Below, one piece after another: positions 54,335 to 61,827 of a stretch of 64,000 nt of DNA. Numbering within the stretch: position 1 is the stretch's first letter; each line of letters begins with the position of its first letter. Source of the DNA: Solirubrobacterales bacterium. GTDB lineage: Bacteria > Actinomycetota > Thermoleophilia > Solirubrobacterales > JBBDJG01. The notes under the pieces were generated by a model. It made no database searches, had not been told where the DNA came from, and worked only from the letters and a program-made list of their open reading frames with translations. The translations under genes and the position numbers were made by a program. Where the stretch lies: assembly GCA_040880005.1 (NCBI GenBank), contig JBBDJG010000015.1, positions 61,588 to 125,587 on the forward strand. Reading direction: 5' to 3'.

Positions 54335-55399
54335 ATGACCGAGCTGCTCGTTGGCACCAGCAAGGGCCTGTTCGTTCTGGAGGGCGAGCCTGGCTCGAAA
54401 TTCGAGTTGAAGACTCGTGCTTTCGTCGGCGAGCCGGTCGAGTACGCGATGCGCGACGATCGCAGCGGCCGTCTGCTTGCTTCCGTGACCTCTCCGTTCT
54501 ACGGGCCGAAGATCTTCCACACGGACGATCCATCGGGCGAGTGGGAGCAGGCGACGGGGGTGGTAGTGCCCGAGGGCGAAGATGTTGCGCTCGAGCGCAT
54601 ATGGTCAATTGCGGCCGGCGAACGTGACGGCGCGCTGTATGCGGGAGGAGATCCGGGCGTGCTGTTCAAAAGCGTTGACGGTGGTGCCGCCTGGCAGCTG
54701 AACGAACCGCTCTGGAAGCATCCGACCCGCCCGCATTGGCAGCCCGGAGCCGGTGGGCTGTGCCTTCACTCGATCGTTCCCTGGCCGGGCGAGCCGGACC
54801 GGCTGGCGCTTGGCATCTCGGCCGCCGGGGTGTGGCTGACCGAGGACGGCGGCGAGACATGGCGACAGGGCAACGAGGGCCTCGTTGCTCGTTACGGGCC
54901 CGAGGACGCAGACGAGAACACGATTGCATTGTGTGTGCACGACCTCAAGCGCGCGGCCAAGCGGCCGGAGCGGATGTTCATGCAGTTCCACGGCGGCGTC
55001 TATCGCTCCGACAACGGCGGTGAGGTGTGGACTGACATCTCGGCCGGACTGCCGTCGGACTTCGGCTTCCCGATCGTGCTCGACCCGGGCGATCCCGACA
55101 GCGCCTACGTGATCCCGCTGTCGGAGGACGATCGCACCTCTCCCGGCGGTCGCGTATGCGTGTACGAGACTCGCGATGCCGGGGCGAGCTGGACCGCGCG
55201 TGGCGACGGGCTTCCCGACGAGGACGCCTATCTGACAGTCCTGCGCCAGGCGTTCGGGCGAGCCGGCGAGGACTCGGCGCTCGAGCTCTACTTCGGCGCC
55301 AAATCAGGCGACGTATTCGGCTCCAGCGATGCCGGAGAGAGCTGGTTCACGGCAAGCACGCGGCTGCCACCGGTGCTGTCGGTGACCGTCAGCGGCTGA
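54335..55399 (+). CDS. BNR/sialidase-like beta-propeller protein (WD40/YVTN/BNR-like repeat family)
   Basis: 354 aa. Repeated S-x-D-x-G-x-x-W type motifs (KSVDGGAAWQ, LTEDGGETWR, RSDNGGEVWT, ETRDAGASWT, SSDAGESWF). No signal peptide. Confidence 0.7.
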   Translation: MTELLVGTSKGLFVLEGEPGSKFELKTRAFVGEPVEYAMRDDRSGRLLASVTSPFYGPKIFHTDDPSGEWEQATGVVVPEGEDVALERIWSIAAGERDGALYAGGDPGVLFKSVDGGAAWQLNEPLWKHPTRPHWQPGAGGLCLHSIVPWPGEPDRLALGISAAGVWLTEDGGETWRQGNEGLVARYGPEDADENTIALCVHDLKRAAKRPERMFMQFHGGVYRSDNGGEVWTDISAGLPSDFGFPIVLDPGDPDSAYVIPLSEDDRTSPGGRVCVYETRDAGASWTARGDGLPDEDAYLTVLRQAFGRAGEDSALELYFGAKSGDVFGSSDAGESWFTASTRLPPVLSVTVSG

Positions 55400-55408
55400 A
55401 CTCGGGAA

Positions 55409-55561
55409 TCAGGTCATCACCGTGCCGGCCGGCCGCGGCGCGTCCTCCGTGTAGTGGGTGACGTTGACGATGCGCGAGTTCTTGAAGATGGAGGTGTAGA
55501 AGTCCGCGGCCTCTTCGGCCTCGGTGTCGAACCACAGGTTCGGGGTGATCTTCTGTTGCAT
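55409..55561 (-). pseudogene. N-terminal fragment of a PhnB/VOC-type (3-demethylubiquinone-9 3-methyltransferase-domain) protein
   Basis: 50-codon ORF below the track cutoff. GAGGAGG upstream of ATG 55561. MQQKITPNLWFDTEAEEAADFYTSIFKNSRIVNVTHYTEDAPRPAGTVMT then stop. Family members are ~150 aa and continue after ...GSVMTV. The rest is missing and the remnant abuts the end of the BNR gene. Confidence 0.6.
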
Positions 55562-55586
55562 GGCTTGCCTCCTCTCGTACGGCCAG

Positions 55587-56204
55587 CTAGCCCAGTCGCC
55601 AGTGCCGCCCGACGCTCGCCGCCCAGATGTCGCCGTGCGGTATCAGCCAGAAGCGGCTGATAAAACGCTGCAATCCCTCCTCGTCTGAGTAGAGCAGGTC
55701 GACGAACAGGTGCTTGTCGCTCTGGAGAGCTTGGCCGACCTCACCGTGTAGCTGGTCCTCGGCATCGCGGACCGCGCCCTGCCAGAAGCCGACATCGCCG
55801 GCCGCTATGTAGTTGTCGCGCACGGGCCGTCGAAAATCGTCGGGGTCGCCGTGCTCGCCGCCGCCCTCGGTCAGGTGTCCGTAGTTCACCTGCCAACCAC
55901 GCAGCACGGCCAGTCCCGAGCCGACGTTGCGCAGCGTGATGGCCATCAGCAGACGGTCGTCCCTGTGCGTGACAACCGCCGAGCCGGGCGGGACGTGCAG
56001 TATCTCGTCACTCGCGAATCGGACGTCCTCCGGCGGGTCCTCGGGTCGCGACGGAACCAACGTTGGGCGCATCCCGATCAGCATCGCCCGCTCCGCTATT
56101 CGCGCCCGCCGATCGGCGGCGCGCACTGATGCGAACGTGGCCAGCGCCAGAATCAACGTGCCGCCTGCGGTGCCGAGTTCGGCGATTGTCGTGATCTCAG
56201 GCAA
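55587..56204 (-). CDS. hypothetical protein with N-terminal TM helix
   Basis: 205 aa. MPEITTIAELGTAGGTLILALATFASV. Coding-like codon bias. No recognisable family. Confidence 0.5.
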   Translation of the reverse strand: MPEITTIAELGTAGGTLILALATFASVRAADRRARIAERAMLIGMRPTLVPSRPEDPPEDVRFASDEILHVPPGSAVVTHRDDRLLMAITLRNVGSGLAVLRGWQVNYGHLTEGGGEHGDPDDFRRPVRDNYIAAGDVGFWQGAVRDAEDQLHGEVGQALQSDKHLFVDLLYSDEEGLQRFISRFWLIPHGDIWAASVGRHWRLG

Positions 56205-56564
56205 GGTCGCGCGATTCTATTCATGAGCCTGACGACGAGCGCAGCGGTGCCCACGCGGGGCATCCAAGTGTCGCATAGCGCCACCAAGGTCGCCGGCGTG
56301 CACCTTCCAGATGGTCGCTCACATTCGTTCGCCGGGCAATTGGCTGGCCTGCTTCTCCCAACCGGTGAATTGGGCTTCGTCGAGCTGGTCGTTTCGTGGA
56401 TGTCGAGGTAGCGCACTTCCTCGTGCTTGGACTCGCCGAGTGGGACAGGGCGCAGCGACGTGGCGAGGAAGAAAGCCACCGTGACGTACGCATAGCGCTA
56501 CCAGAGGCGCCCACCTCGCTCTCTTGACACCGCCGCGGCCCCCCTTCCGGGTGACCACGACAGC

Positions 56565-56666
56565 GATGGAGCTAGCCGGACTCGGCTGTCAAGAAACCTG
56601 GGTAGCCTCCCTGCCGGGTGCGCTTGGATAGCACCTCCTACCCACCGGCGACCTGCTGGGTGCGAT
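56565..56666 (-). repeat. degenerate copies of the tRNA-Ala 3' half (outermost att-like footprint)
   Basis: GATGGAGCTAGCCGGACTCG (1 mismatch to 63113-63132). Then CCTGCCGGGTGCGCT and GCGACCTGCTGGGTGCGAT, both resembling GACGACCTCCTGGGTGCGAT of the tRNA. Confidence 0.5.
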
Positions 56667-56774
56667 GGCGGCCATGCCTATCACCGGCAGCGCCACAGAT
56701 CACCCAGGAGAGCAGTACAGGGGGTGGATTGATTACTCTCCGCAGTTCTTGGATCCCACGAGGAGGAGGCCGTC

Positions 56775-57104
56775 TTGCCGTTGACTCAGTCGCAATTTGC
56801 CAGCGCCATCGCCGACCGTGCCGAGATCAGCAAGGTCGAGGCCAAGCGCGTGCTCGACGCGCTCGAGGAAGTCGTGCTCGATGAGATCGAAAACGCAGAG
56901 AAGGTGAAGATCGGCAGCCTCGTGCAGCTGACGGTGCGCGTGAGGCCCGCCTCGAAGGCACGCCCGGGACGCAATCCCGCAACCGGCGAGGAGATCACGA
57001 TCGCCGCGAAACCCGCGAGTGTCGTTTTACGCGCGCGAGCGCTTACGAAGGCCAAGAGCGTGCTGCCGTCGGTGCAAACAGCGCGTCGGCGACTTGGCGG
57101 CTAG
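56775..57104 (+). CDS. HU/IHF-family DNA-binding protein with basic C-terminal extension
   Basis: 109 aa. TTG start with GAGGAGGAGG upstream. ...FASAIADRAEISKVEAKRVLDALEEVV...RPGRNPATGEEITIAAKPA (HU signature). Confidence 0.85.
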   Translation: MPLTQSQFASAIADRAEISKVEAKRVLDALEEVVLDEIENAEKVKIGSLVQLTVRVRPASKARPGRNPATGEEITIAAKPASVVLRARALTKAKSVLPSVQTARRRLGG

Positions 57105-57201
57105 CGCATGCTGGCGGCTGGACGAAGCGGCGGTTGAGCGCTGTCGGCTTCGTTCGGACAGCGGAGCCGTTTGGGTCGGCGAGTCGAGGCTACCTTCGTG
57201 A

Positions 57202-57432
57202 CTACAACAGGCGCTGAAACTCGGCTCGGCTGATGCCTGCCGTCTTAAGGATGTTGAGCAGCAATCCTGGCTTGATGTTCCGGTTGCCGTGGATGGGTAC
57301 CGAAATCGCGTCGGGGATGGTCGGATGGCGCATGATGTGGTGGCTGCCCTTCGTGCGCTTGAGATACCAGCCCTCGGCTTCAAGGACCTTGAGGCGCTGC
57401 TTGCCTCTTACCGAGGGGAGCTTGTGGCTCAC
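57202..57432 (-). CDS. hicA: HicA-family toxin (mRNA interferase)
   Basis: 76 aa. ...LKVLEAEGWYLKRTKGSHHIMRHP...SVPIHGNRNIKPGLLLNILKTAGIS. 4-nt overlap with the upstream hicB. Confidence 0.85.
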   Translation of the reverse strand: MSHKLPSVRGKQRLKVLEAEGWYLKRTKGSHHIMRHPTIPDAISVPIHGNRNIKPGLLLNILKTAGISRAEFQRLL

Positions 57433-57650
57433 GCGTGGACCGCTACCTGGTCACGCTCGACCGAGGGGATTGGCAGGCCGTCCTCGCGCATGACCTCGAG
57501 GTAGCCCTCAATTGCCTCTTTGGCCATCGCCAGGGCTTGCTCGCGGGTCTCACCCTGGATGGCCACGCTGGGCAACTCCGGAACGAAAACGCTGTAGCCG
57601 CCTTCTTCCTCGAGCTGAAGCACTACCTCGTATTCGCGCACGTTGTCCAT
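57429..57650 (-). CDS. hicB: HicB-family antitoxin (UPF0150 N-domain only)
   Basis: 73 aa. YEVVLQLEEEGGYSVFVPELPSVAIQGETREQALAMAKEAIEGYLE. Confidence 0.8.
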   Translation of the reverse strand: MDNVREYEVVLQLEEEGGYSVFVPELPSVAIQGETREQALAMAKEAIEGYLEVMREDGLPIPSVERDQVAVHA

Positions 57651-58000
57651 GAATTCCTCTTGGAATAGCTTACGACAGGATCACCATGTCCGGGCGGTTG
57701 CTGCTGAGCTTTCTTCACGGCTTCCTGGATCGCATTCTTGTTTTCGATCAACTCGTCAAGGTCGGGCTCGATCATCGCGGTGATGCCGGGTAGCGGGCTC
57801 GTTCCCAGATCGCCGATGCCGCCTCCCCTGTAGTTCAGGGCGGGCCGGTCGAGAAACGGCGCGAACGCCGTCAGCGCACCATCACCGTTGAGGTCGAGCG
57901 CCAACTGTCCCAAAATCACGCCGTCGCAGTTCCAGTCGAGCGGGCCGGCGAGCAGGCGCGCGCCGGCGACCGCGCCGTTCGGGCATTGGTAGGCGGTCAT
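57623..58000 (-). pseudogene. probable gene fragment (secreted-protease-like DWNCDG/DLNGDG segment without N-terminus)
   Basis: 125-aa ORF that starts mid-domain (no signal peptide) with ...LDWNCDGVILGQLALDLNGDGALTAFAPFLDRPALNY. Its tail overlaps the hicB start by 28 nt. Confidence 0.3.
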
Positions 58001-58184
58001 GAAGGGAGATCAGTTCTTCCCCGGACAGCCGGAGACCGTGTTCGGCTGGTTGCGCGGGCAAAAGCGGCTGATCCGCTTCACCGCCGCCGAGGGCGCGCAG
58101 TTCCACTGCGAGCCGATGGCGCCGCAACTCCGCAACGAGCGCGTCTTCGACTGGCTCGAGTGCAACCTCGAGCCGACGCGCTGA
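57999..58184 (+). pseudogene. probable C-terminal gene fragment (alpha/beta-hydrolase-like tail)
   Basis: 61-aa ORF with strong G/C third-position bias. ...IRFTAAEGAQFHCEPMAPQLRNERVFDWLE resembles the ...GAGHF.q.E.P..v...l..fL end of alpha/beta hydrolases. Abuts the previous fragment head to head. Confidence 0.3.
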
Positions 58185-58217
58185 CGTAGGCGGCCCAGCC
58201 GGCCTGGTTCAGCCCGG

Positions 58218-59405
58218 ATGCCCGTTGCCAGTGCCGAGCCGCGCTGGTATGTTGCCGCTGTTGTGACTCGCAGGCGCCTCAAGAGCATAGGGCTGGCGCT
58301 AATGGCGGCGGCGGCGCTGTCGATGCTGGCCGTGCCGGTCAGCGCGGACGCCAAGCGCAAGCGCGCGGCCAAGCCGACGCTGAGGATGAAGGCCAAGTTT
58401 CCCAAGGCAGGCAAGATGAGCTTCTCGGTCGGAGCGTTCAAGGTCACGGCACAGCGCAGCAAGCGCAGCCGGTCCGCACGGCACTCCGCCAAGAAGCGCA
58501 AGCGCGCGCTCAAGGTCAAGGCCCGGATTCGCAACCGCGCACGCGTTCCCTCCAACGCGCTGGTGTTTCTGCGCGTCGCCAAGGTGAAGAAGAAGCGCAA
58601 CAACTTCGTGGCCAGCGCGATCGTGGTGAACAGTCGCAAGACATCGAAGTCCGCGACCACTGCGGACGACGACGATCTCCAGCCCGGCGACGAGGTCGAG
58701 ATCGAGATGGAACTGACACTCGCCGACGGAACGGTCCTGCGCGGCAAGTTCATCGGCACGGTGGTCGAGGATGATGACGTTGAAGACAACGATCCCGACA
58801 ACCGGAATGTATGCGGGCCGTCCGGTCTGCTGAACAGCGAGGATGATGGCGCCGCCTTTTCGGTGCGCACGCTGTACAACCAGATCCTCAACAGGCTGTC
58901 CGACCAGACCCTCAACCGGCTGTTCGAGCTCACCGGCGATCTCAACTGCGACAGCGTCGTTGACGCTGCCGACTACGCTTTTTATAGGAGCCTGCTGGGA
59001 ATCGACGGTGGCGCCGTTCCCGGTGCTCCCCCGTCACCCCTCTGTCCCGGCGCTCTGCAGGCCGCGCCACTTCCGTTCGCGGCCACCGAGTTCGAGATCT
59101 TCTTCAACTGCAACCAGTCGGCCTCCAGCCTCGGCTTCCTGGTGCCCGGAGCGCGGTCGATCCCGCCCGGCTTGTTCATCCCGCCCGTGAACCTGCCCAA
59201 CTGTCAGATCCAGAGCGCCGAGGGCGGCACCGACAACTTCCTGCTGTGTCAGGGCGGAACGCTGCCCGCCGGTGTGCAGAACATCGTCCGGATCCATCCC
59301 AGCGTGCAGCTCGGCAACTGCGACAAGGCCAAGCTCTACTTCAACCCGCTCGGCACCTCGTCGCCGGCGGTGACCGATACGGACGCGTTCGCGACCTGTC
59401 CATAG
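58218..59405 (+). CDS. secreted protein: K/R-rich N-terminal module, acidic linker, dockerin-like motif, Cys-containing C-terminal domain
   Basis: 395 aa (alternative GTG start 58263). Signal peptide LKSIGLALMAAAALSMLAVPVSADA. Basic stretch KRKRAAKPTLRMKAKFPKAGK...KKRKRALKVKARIRNRARV...VKKKRNN. DLNCDSVVDAADYAFYRSLLG is dockerin-like. Confidence 0.65.
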   Translation: MPVASAEPRWYVAAVVTRRRLKSIGLALMAAAALSMLAVPVSADAKRKRAAKPTLRMKAKFPKAGKMSFSVGAFKVTAQRSKRSRSARHSAKKRKRALKVKARIRNRARVPSNALVFLRVAKVKKKRNNFVASAIVVNSRKTSKSATTADDDDLQPGDEVEIEMELTLADGTVLRGKFIGTVVEDDDVEDNDPDNRNVCGPSGLLNSEDDGAAFSVRTLYNQILNRLSDQTLNRLFELTGDLNCDSVVDAADYAFYRSLLGIDGGAVPGAPPSPLCPGALQAAPLPFAATEFEIFFNCNQSASSLGFLVPGARSIPPGLFIPPVNLPNCQIQSAEGGTDNFLLCQGGTLPAGVQNIVRIHPSVQLGNCDKAKLYFNPLGTSSPAVTDTDAFATCP

Positions 59406-59734
59406 CTCCTTCCGGTCTGCGCCCCCGATCTCGGCTACATGCGGGCGTGTCGCAGTAGCACGCGTCGAGCCGACGATCGACGCACTGGTCGACGCGCTCG
59501 AACGCGATATGGACGCCGCCGGGCTTGAACGGCGCACCTCGCCGGCAACCGGCTCGGTGGCTGGCTGGCGGTGGAGCTGGCGCGGCGAGGACGCCGCGTA
59601 CGGATTTCGGGCATTCGTCGAGTGCCCGATCTACTTCGGGTTGATGGAGGCGACCACCCCAGCTGGACCGCCGCGCGACTTCAAAGGGGTTCACTGTCCT
59701 GTGTTGCTCGCGAACGAGAGACCAAGCAATCAAG

Positions 59735-59780
59735 CGGATGGAGCTAGTCGGACTCGAACCGACGACCTCCTGGGTGCGAT
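59735..59780 (-). repeat. exact 46-nt duplicate of the tRNA-Ala(CGC) 3' half (att-type direct repeat)
   Basis: CGGATGGAGCTAGTCGGACTCGAACCGACGACCTCCTGGGTGCGAT is identical to 63111-63156. This covers tRNA positions 32-73 plus 4 nt downstream. Similarity decays after the anticodon loop. Confidence 0.9.
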
Positions 59781-59793
59781 AACGGCGCTACGA

Positions 59794-59888
59794 GTTCTGT
59801 GAGGTGCGCTGAGCTGCTGTGAAGTGCGCTGAGGTGCTCTCAGGTTCTCTGAGTTTCGCTCAGTTTGAGACCACGGTTGAGTCCACGG
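59794..59888. repeat. 95-bp repeat copy 1, built from 10-bp units (consensus about GTKCKCTGAG)
   Basis: GTTCTGTGAG GTGCGCTGAG CTGCTGTGAA GTGCGCTGAG GTGCTCTCAG GTTCTCTGAG TTTCGCTCAG TTTGAGACCA CGGTTGAGTC CACGG. 21 nt 3' of the methyltransferase stop and 13 nt from the tRNA fragment. Confidence 0.9.
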
Positions 59889-59909
59889 GGGAAAAGCCTA
59901 AGCACTTCG

Positions 59910-60737
59910 TCACGCCCGTTTGCCCACGGCGAGCAGATACTCCTTCTCGAAACGTGCTGCGTCGGGCGTGCCAAGGTTCCACTCGTCGCAGAACTGGTCC
60001 AGCGCCTCGTTGAACTCCGCTTCGCGCTCGTTGTTTCGCGCGTTTGTCAAGGCGGCGATGGTCGGACCGTACCGTGTCTTGAAGTGCTCCCCGTAGTCGC
60101 GTGGATGCTCGAAGGCAGTGATCTCCAGCATTTCACGCTTCAGCGTCAGAAAGTTGACGCGGGCGCCAAACAACTCGTCCAAGTGCTCCTCGCTACCCCA
60201 CAGCGGCGGAGGTTGTGCGCCCGGTGGAGGTGGCGGGGCGAACGGCCCCATCGTCCGGAACAGCGCGCCGATCATGCCTTCGGGAGTCCAGCTCAAGAGT
60301 CCGATCGTGCCGCCCGGACGGCACACGCGGACCAGCTCGTTGGCGACGTCTTGGTGGTGGGGCGCGAACATCGCGCCGATCGACGACATCACGACGTCGA
60401 AAGACTCATCTTCGAACGGAAGGTGCTCTGCGTCGGCTTCGACCCATTCGAGCGCGACTCCCTCCGCCTCGGCGCGGCGACGTCCCGCCTCGAACAGCTC
60501 GGGCGTCAGGTCGCTGGCGGTGACGTCCGCCCCGGCCCGCGCCGCGGGTATCGAGGCGTTGCCAGTGCCGGCGGCGACGTCGAGCACGCGCATCCCCGAG
60601 GCGACACCGCACCCCTCGACGAGTCTCGGGCCCAGCGGCAACAGGAATGTCTCGACCATGGACGGGTAGTCGCCCGAGGCCCACATCGCTCGATGGCGGG
60701 CCTTAAGTTCAGAATCCGGTGTGGTGGCAGACGGCAA
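59910..60737 (-). CDS. class I SAM-dependent methyltransferase
   Basis: Track ORF 59910..61049 trimmed to TTG 60737 (AAGGGAG 7 nt upstream). The longer version runs through the repeat and the next gene. WASGDYPSMV..., motif I VLDVAAGTGNASI, DVVMSSIGAMF. Confidence 0.85.
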   Translation of the reverse strand: MPSATTPDSELKARHRAMWASGDYPSMVETFLLPLGPRLVEGCGVASGMRVLDVAAGTGNASIPAARAGADVTASDLTPELFEAGRRRAEAEGVALEWVEADAEHLPFEDESFDVVMSSIGAMFAPHHQDVANELVRVCRPGGTIGLLSWTPEGMIGALFRTMGPFAPPPPPGAQPPPLWGSEEHLDELFGARVNFLTLKREMLEITAFEHPRDYGEHFKTRYGPTIAALTNARNNEREAEFNEALDQFCDEWNLGTPDAARFEKEYLLAVGKRA

Positions 60738-60792
60738 GGCGCTCTCCCTTCTGGTTGGCCTGTGGACAGTACCGCGCCTCGGCCTCAAGCGT

Positions 60793-60887
60793 GTTCTGTG
60801 GGGTGCTCTGAGCTGCGCTGAAGTGCTCTGAGGTGTTCTCAGGTTCTCTGAGTTTCGCTCAGTTTGAGACCACGGTTGAGTCCACGG
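60793..60887. repeat. 95-bp repeat copy 2 (6 mismatches to copy 1; last 50 nt identical)
   Basis: GTTCTGTGGG GTGCTCTGAG CTGCGCTGAA GTGCTCTGAG GTGTTCTCAG GTTCTCTGAG TTTCGCTCAG TTTGAGACCA CGGTTGAGTC CACGG. Exactly 999 bp from copy 1 and 28 nt 3' of the SnoaL-like gene stop. Confidence 0.9.
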
Positions 60888-60915
60888 AAGAAATTGTCGC
60901 CGCCGCCATCCACTT

Positions 60916-61311
60916 TCATTCCCGCAGCCCCACGGTTTCGAGGGCCTCCGCGTGGTCCCAGAAGAACTCCAGGTAGAAGATCCTGCCCTTGCGCACCGTG
61001 TAGACGCCCGTGAACTCCATGCTCGACTCAGGGCCATGGCCTGCGGCACGCCAGATCATCCTCAGAACAACTCGGTCGCCGGCGCCGACCAAGTCGCTGA
61101 TCGGTTCCAATGCGTCGGCGTCCCAGGTCTCGCGATTCTGCTCGTACTGGCGCATGACCGCCTCCCGCCCCACGAAGGGCCCCGGCTCCGGCCAACCCTC
61201 CGGGGGCCGCATGATGACGTCGGGGTCGTACAACTCACGAAGGGCATCCATGTCACCCGCGTTCCACGCCTCCAAGGCGGCCTGCATCACCTCAACGTTT
61301 TCCTGGGACAT
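60916..61311 (-). CDS. SnoaL-like / NTF2-fold protein
   Basis: 131 aa. MSQENVEVMQAALEAWNAGDMDALRELYDPDVIM... is the typical ketosteroid-isomerase/SnoaL-like N-terminus. Confidence 0.8.
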   Translation of the reverse strand: MSQENVEVMQAALEAWNAGDMDALRELYDPDVIMRPPEGWPEPGPFVGREAVMRQYEQNRETWDADALEPISDLVGAGDRVVLRMIWRAAGHGPESSMEFTGVYTVRKGRIFYLEFFWDHAEALETVGLRE

Positions 61312-61400
61312 CGTCGGCGCAGTATCTCGCTTCTGCCCTATGGACCGCTGGATCTTCTAACCGTCAGTGGCCAGAACGGTCGTGCGAAGCGACCAGAGAA

Positions 61401-61439
61401 TGGAGCTAGTCGGACAACTCTCGAACCCTCAACTCCAGC
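61401..61439 (-). repeat. degenerate tRNA-Ala 3'-end fragment
   Basis: TGGAGCTAGTCGGAC-aactc-TCGAACC... matches 63115-63136 apart from a 5-nt insertion, and similarity is lost thereafter. Confidence 0.45.
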
Positions 61440-61584
61440 TTCAGCTTCGAAGGGCTAGCAAGTCTCCGGCCTGAAATGGGCTTGGGATCGAACCGTAGAG
61501 TCGAGGACACTTCGCCGATGACTGTCGAACTCCCAATCACGATGGGTGGCGAGGCCGGATACGACGCCCCTATACTTGGTTGGT

Positions 61585-61827
61585 ATGACCGCCAAGGAGA
61601 AGCTTGTTCATGCAATTGATGGGCTGTCCGAGTCCGAGGCTCGCGACACCCTTCACTATCTTGCAGAGCGTCATCATCAGGACGCGCTGGTGGAGTTTCT
61701 CAAGGGCGTTCCCGAGGGTGAGGATCCAACCACACCCGAGGAGGAGGAGGGTCTCCGCGAAGCGAGAGCCGAGGTCGAGCGTGGTGAGACGGTGGTACTC
61801 GAAGACCTCAAGCGCGAACTGACTTGA
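61585..61827 (+). CDS. type II antitoxin (partner of the RelE/ParE toxin)
   Basis: Track ORF 61546..61827 trimmed to ATG 61585 (MTAKEKLVHAIDGLSESEARDTLHYL...). Acidic C-terminus. Its stop overlaps the toxin TTG start (TTGA). Confidence 0.65.
   Translation: MTAKEKLVHAIDGLSESEARDTLHYLAERHHQDALVEFLKGVPEGEDPTTPEEEEGLREARAEVERGETVVLEDLKRELT

Noticed and set aside
56153-56560. Looked for an integrase or recombinase gene or remnant beside the outermost tRNA-fragment copies.
   Set aside because: There is no continuous ORF and no recognisable tyrosine- or serine-recombinase motifs in any frame. I can only call it degenerate coding debris.
59794-60887. Considered whether the repeated 95-bp elements or their 10-bp units form a CRISPR array.
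   Set aside because: There are only two long copies separated by a 1-kb protein gene. The 10-bp units are contiguous with no spacers. No cas genes are present. The pattern is not CRISPR-like.
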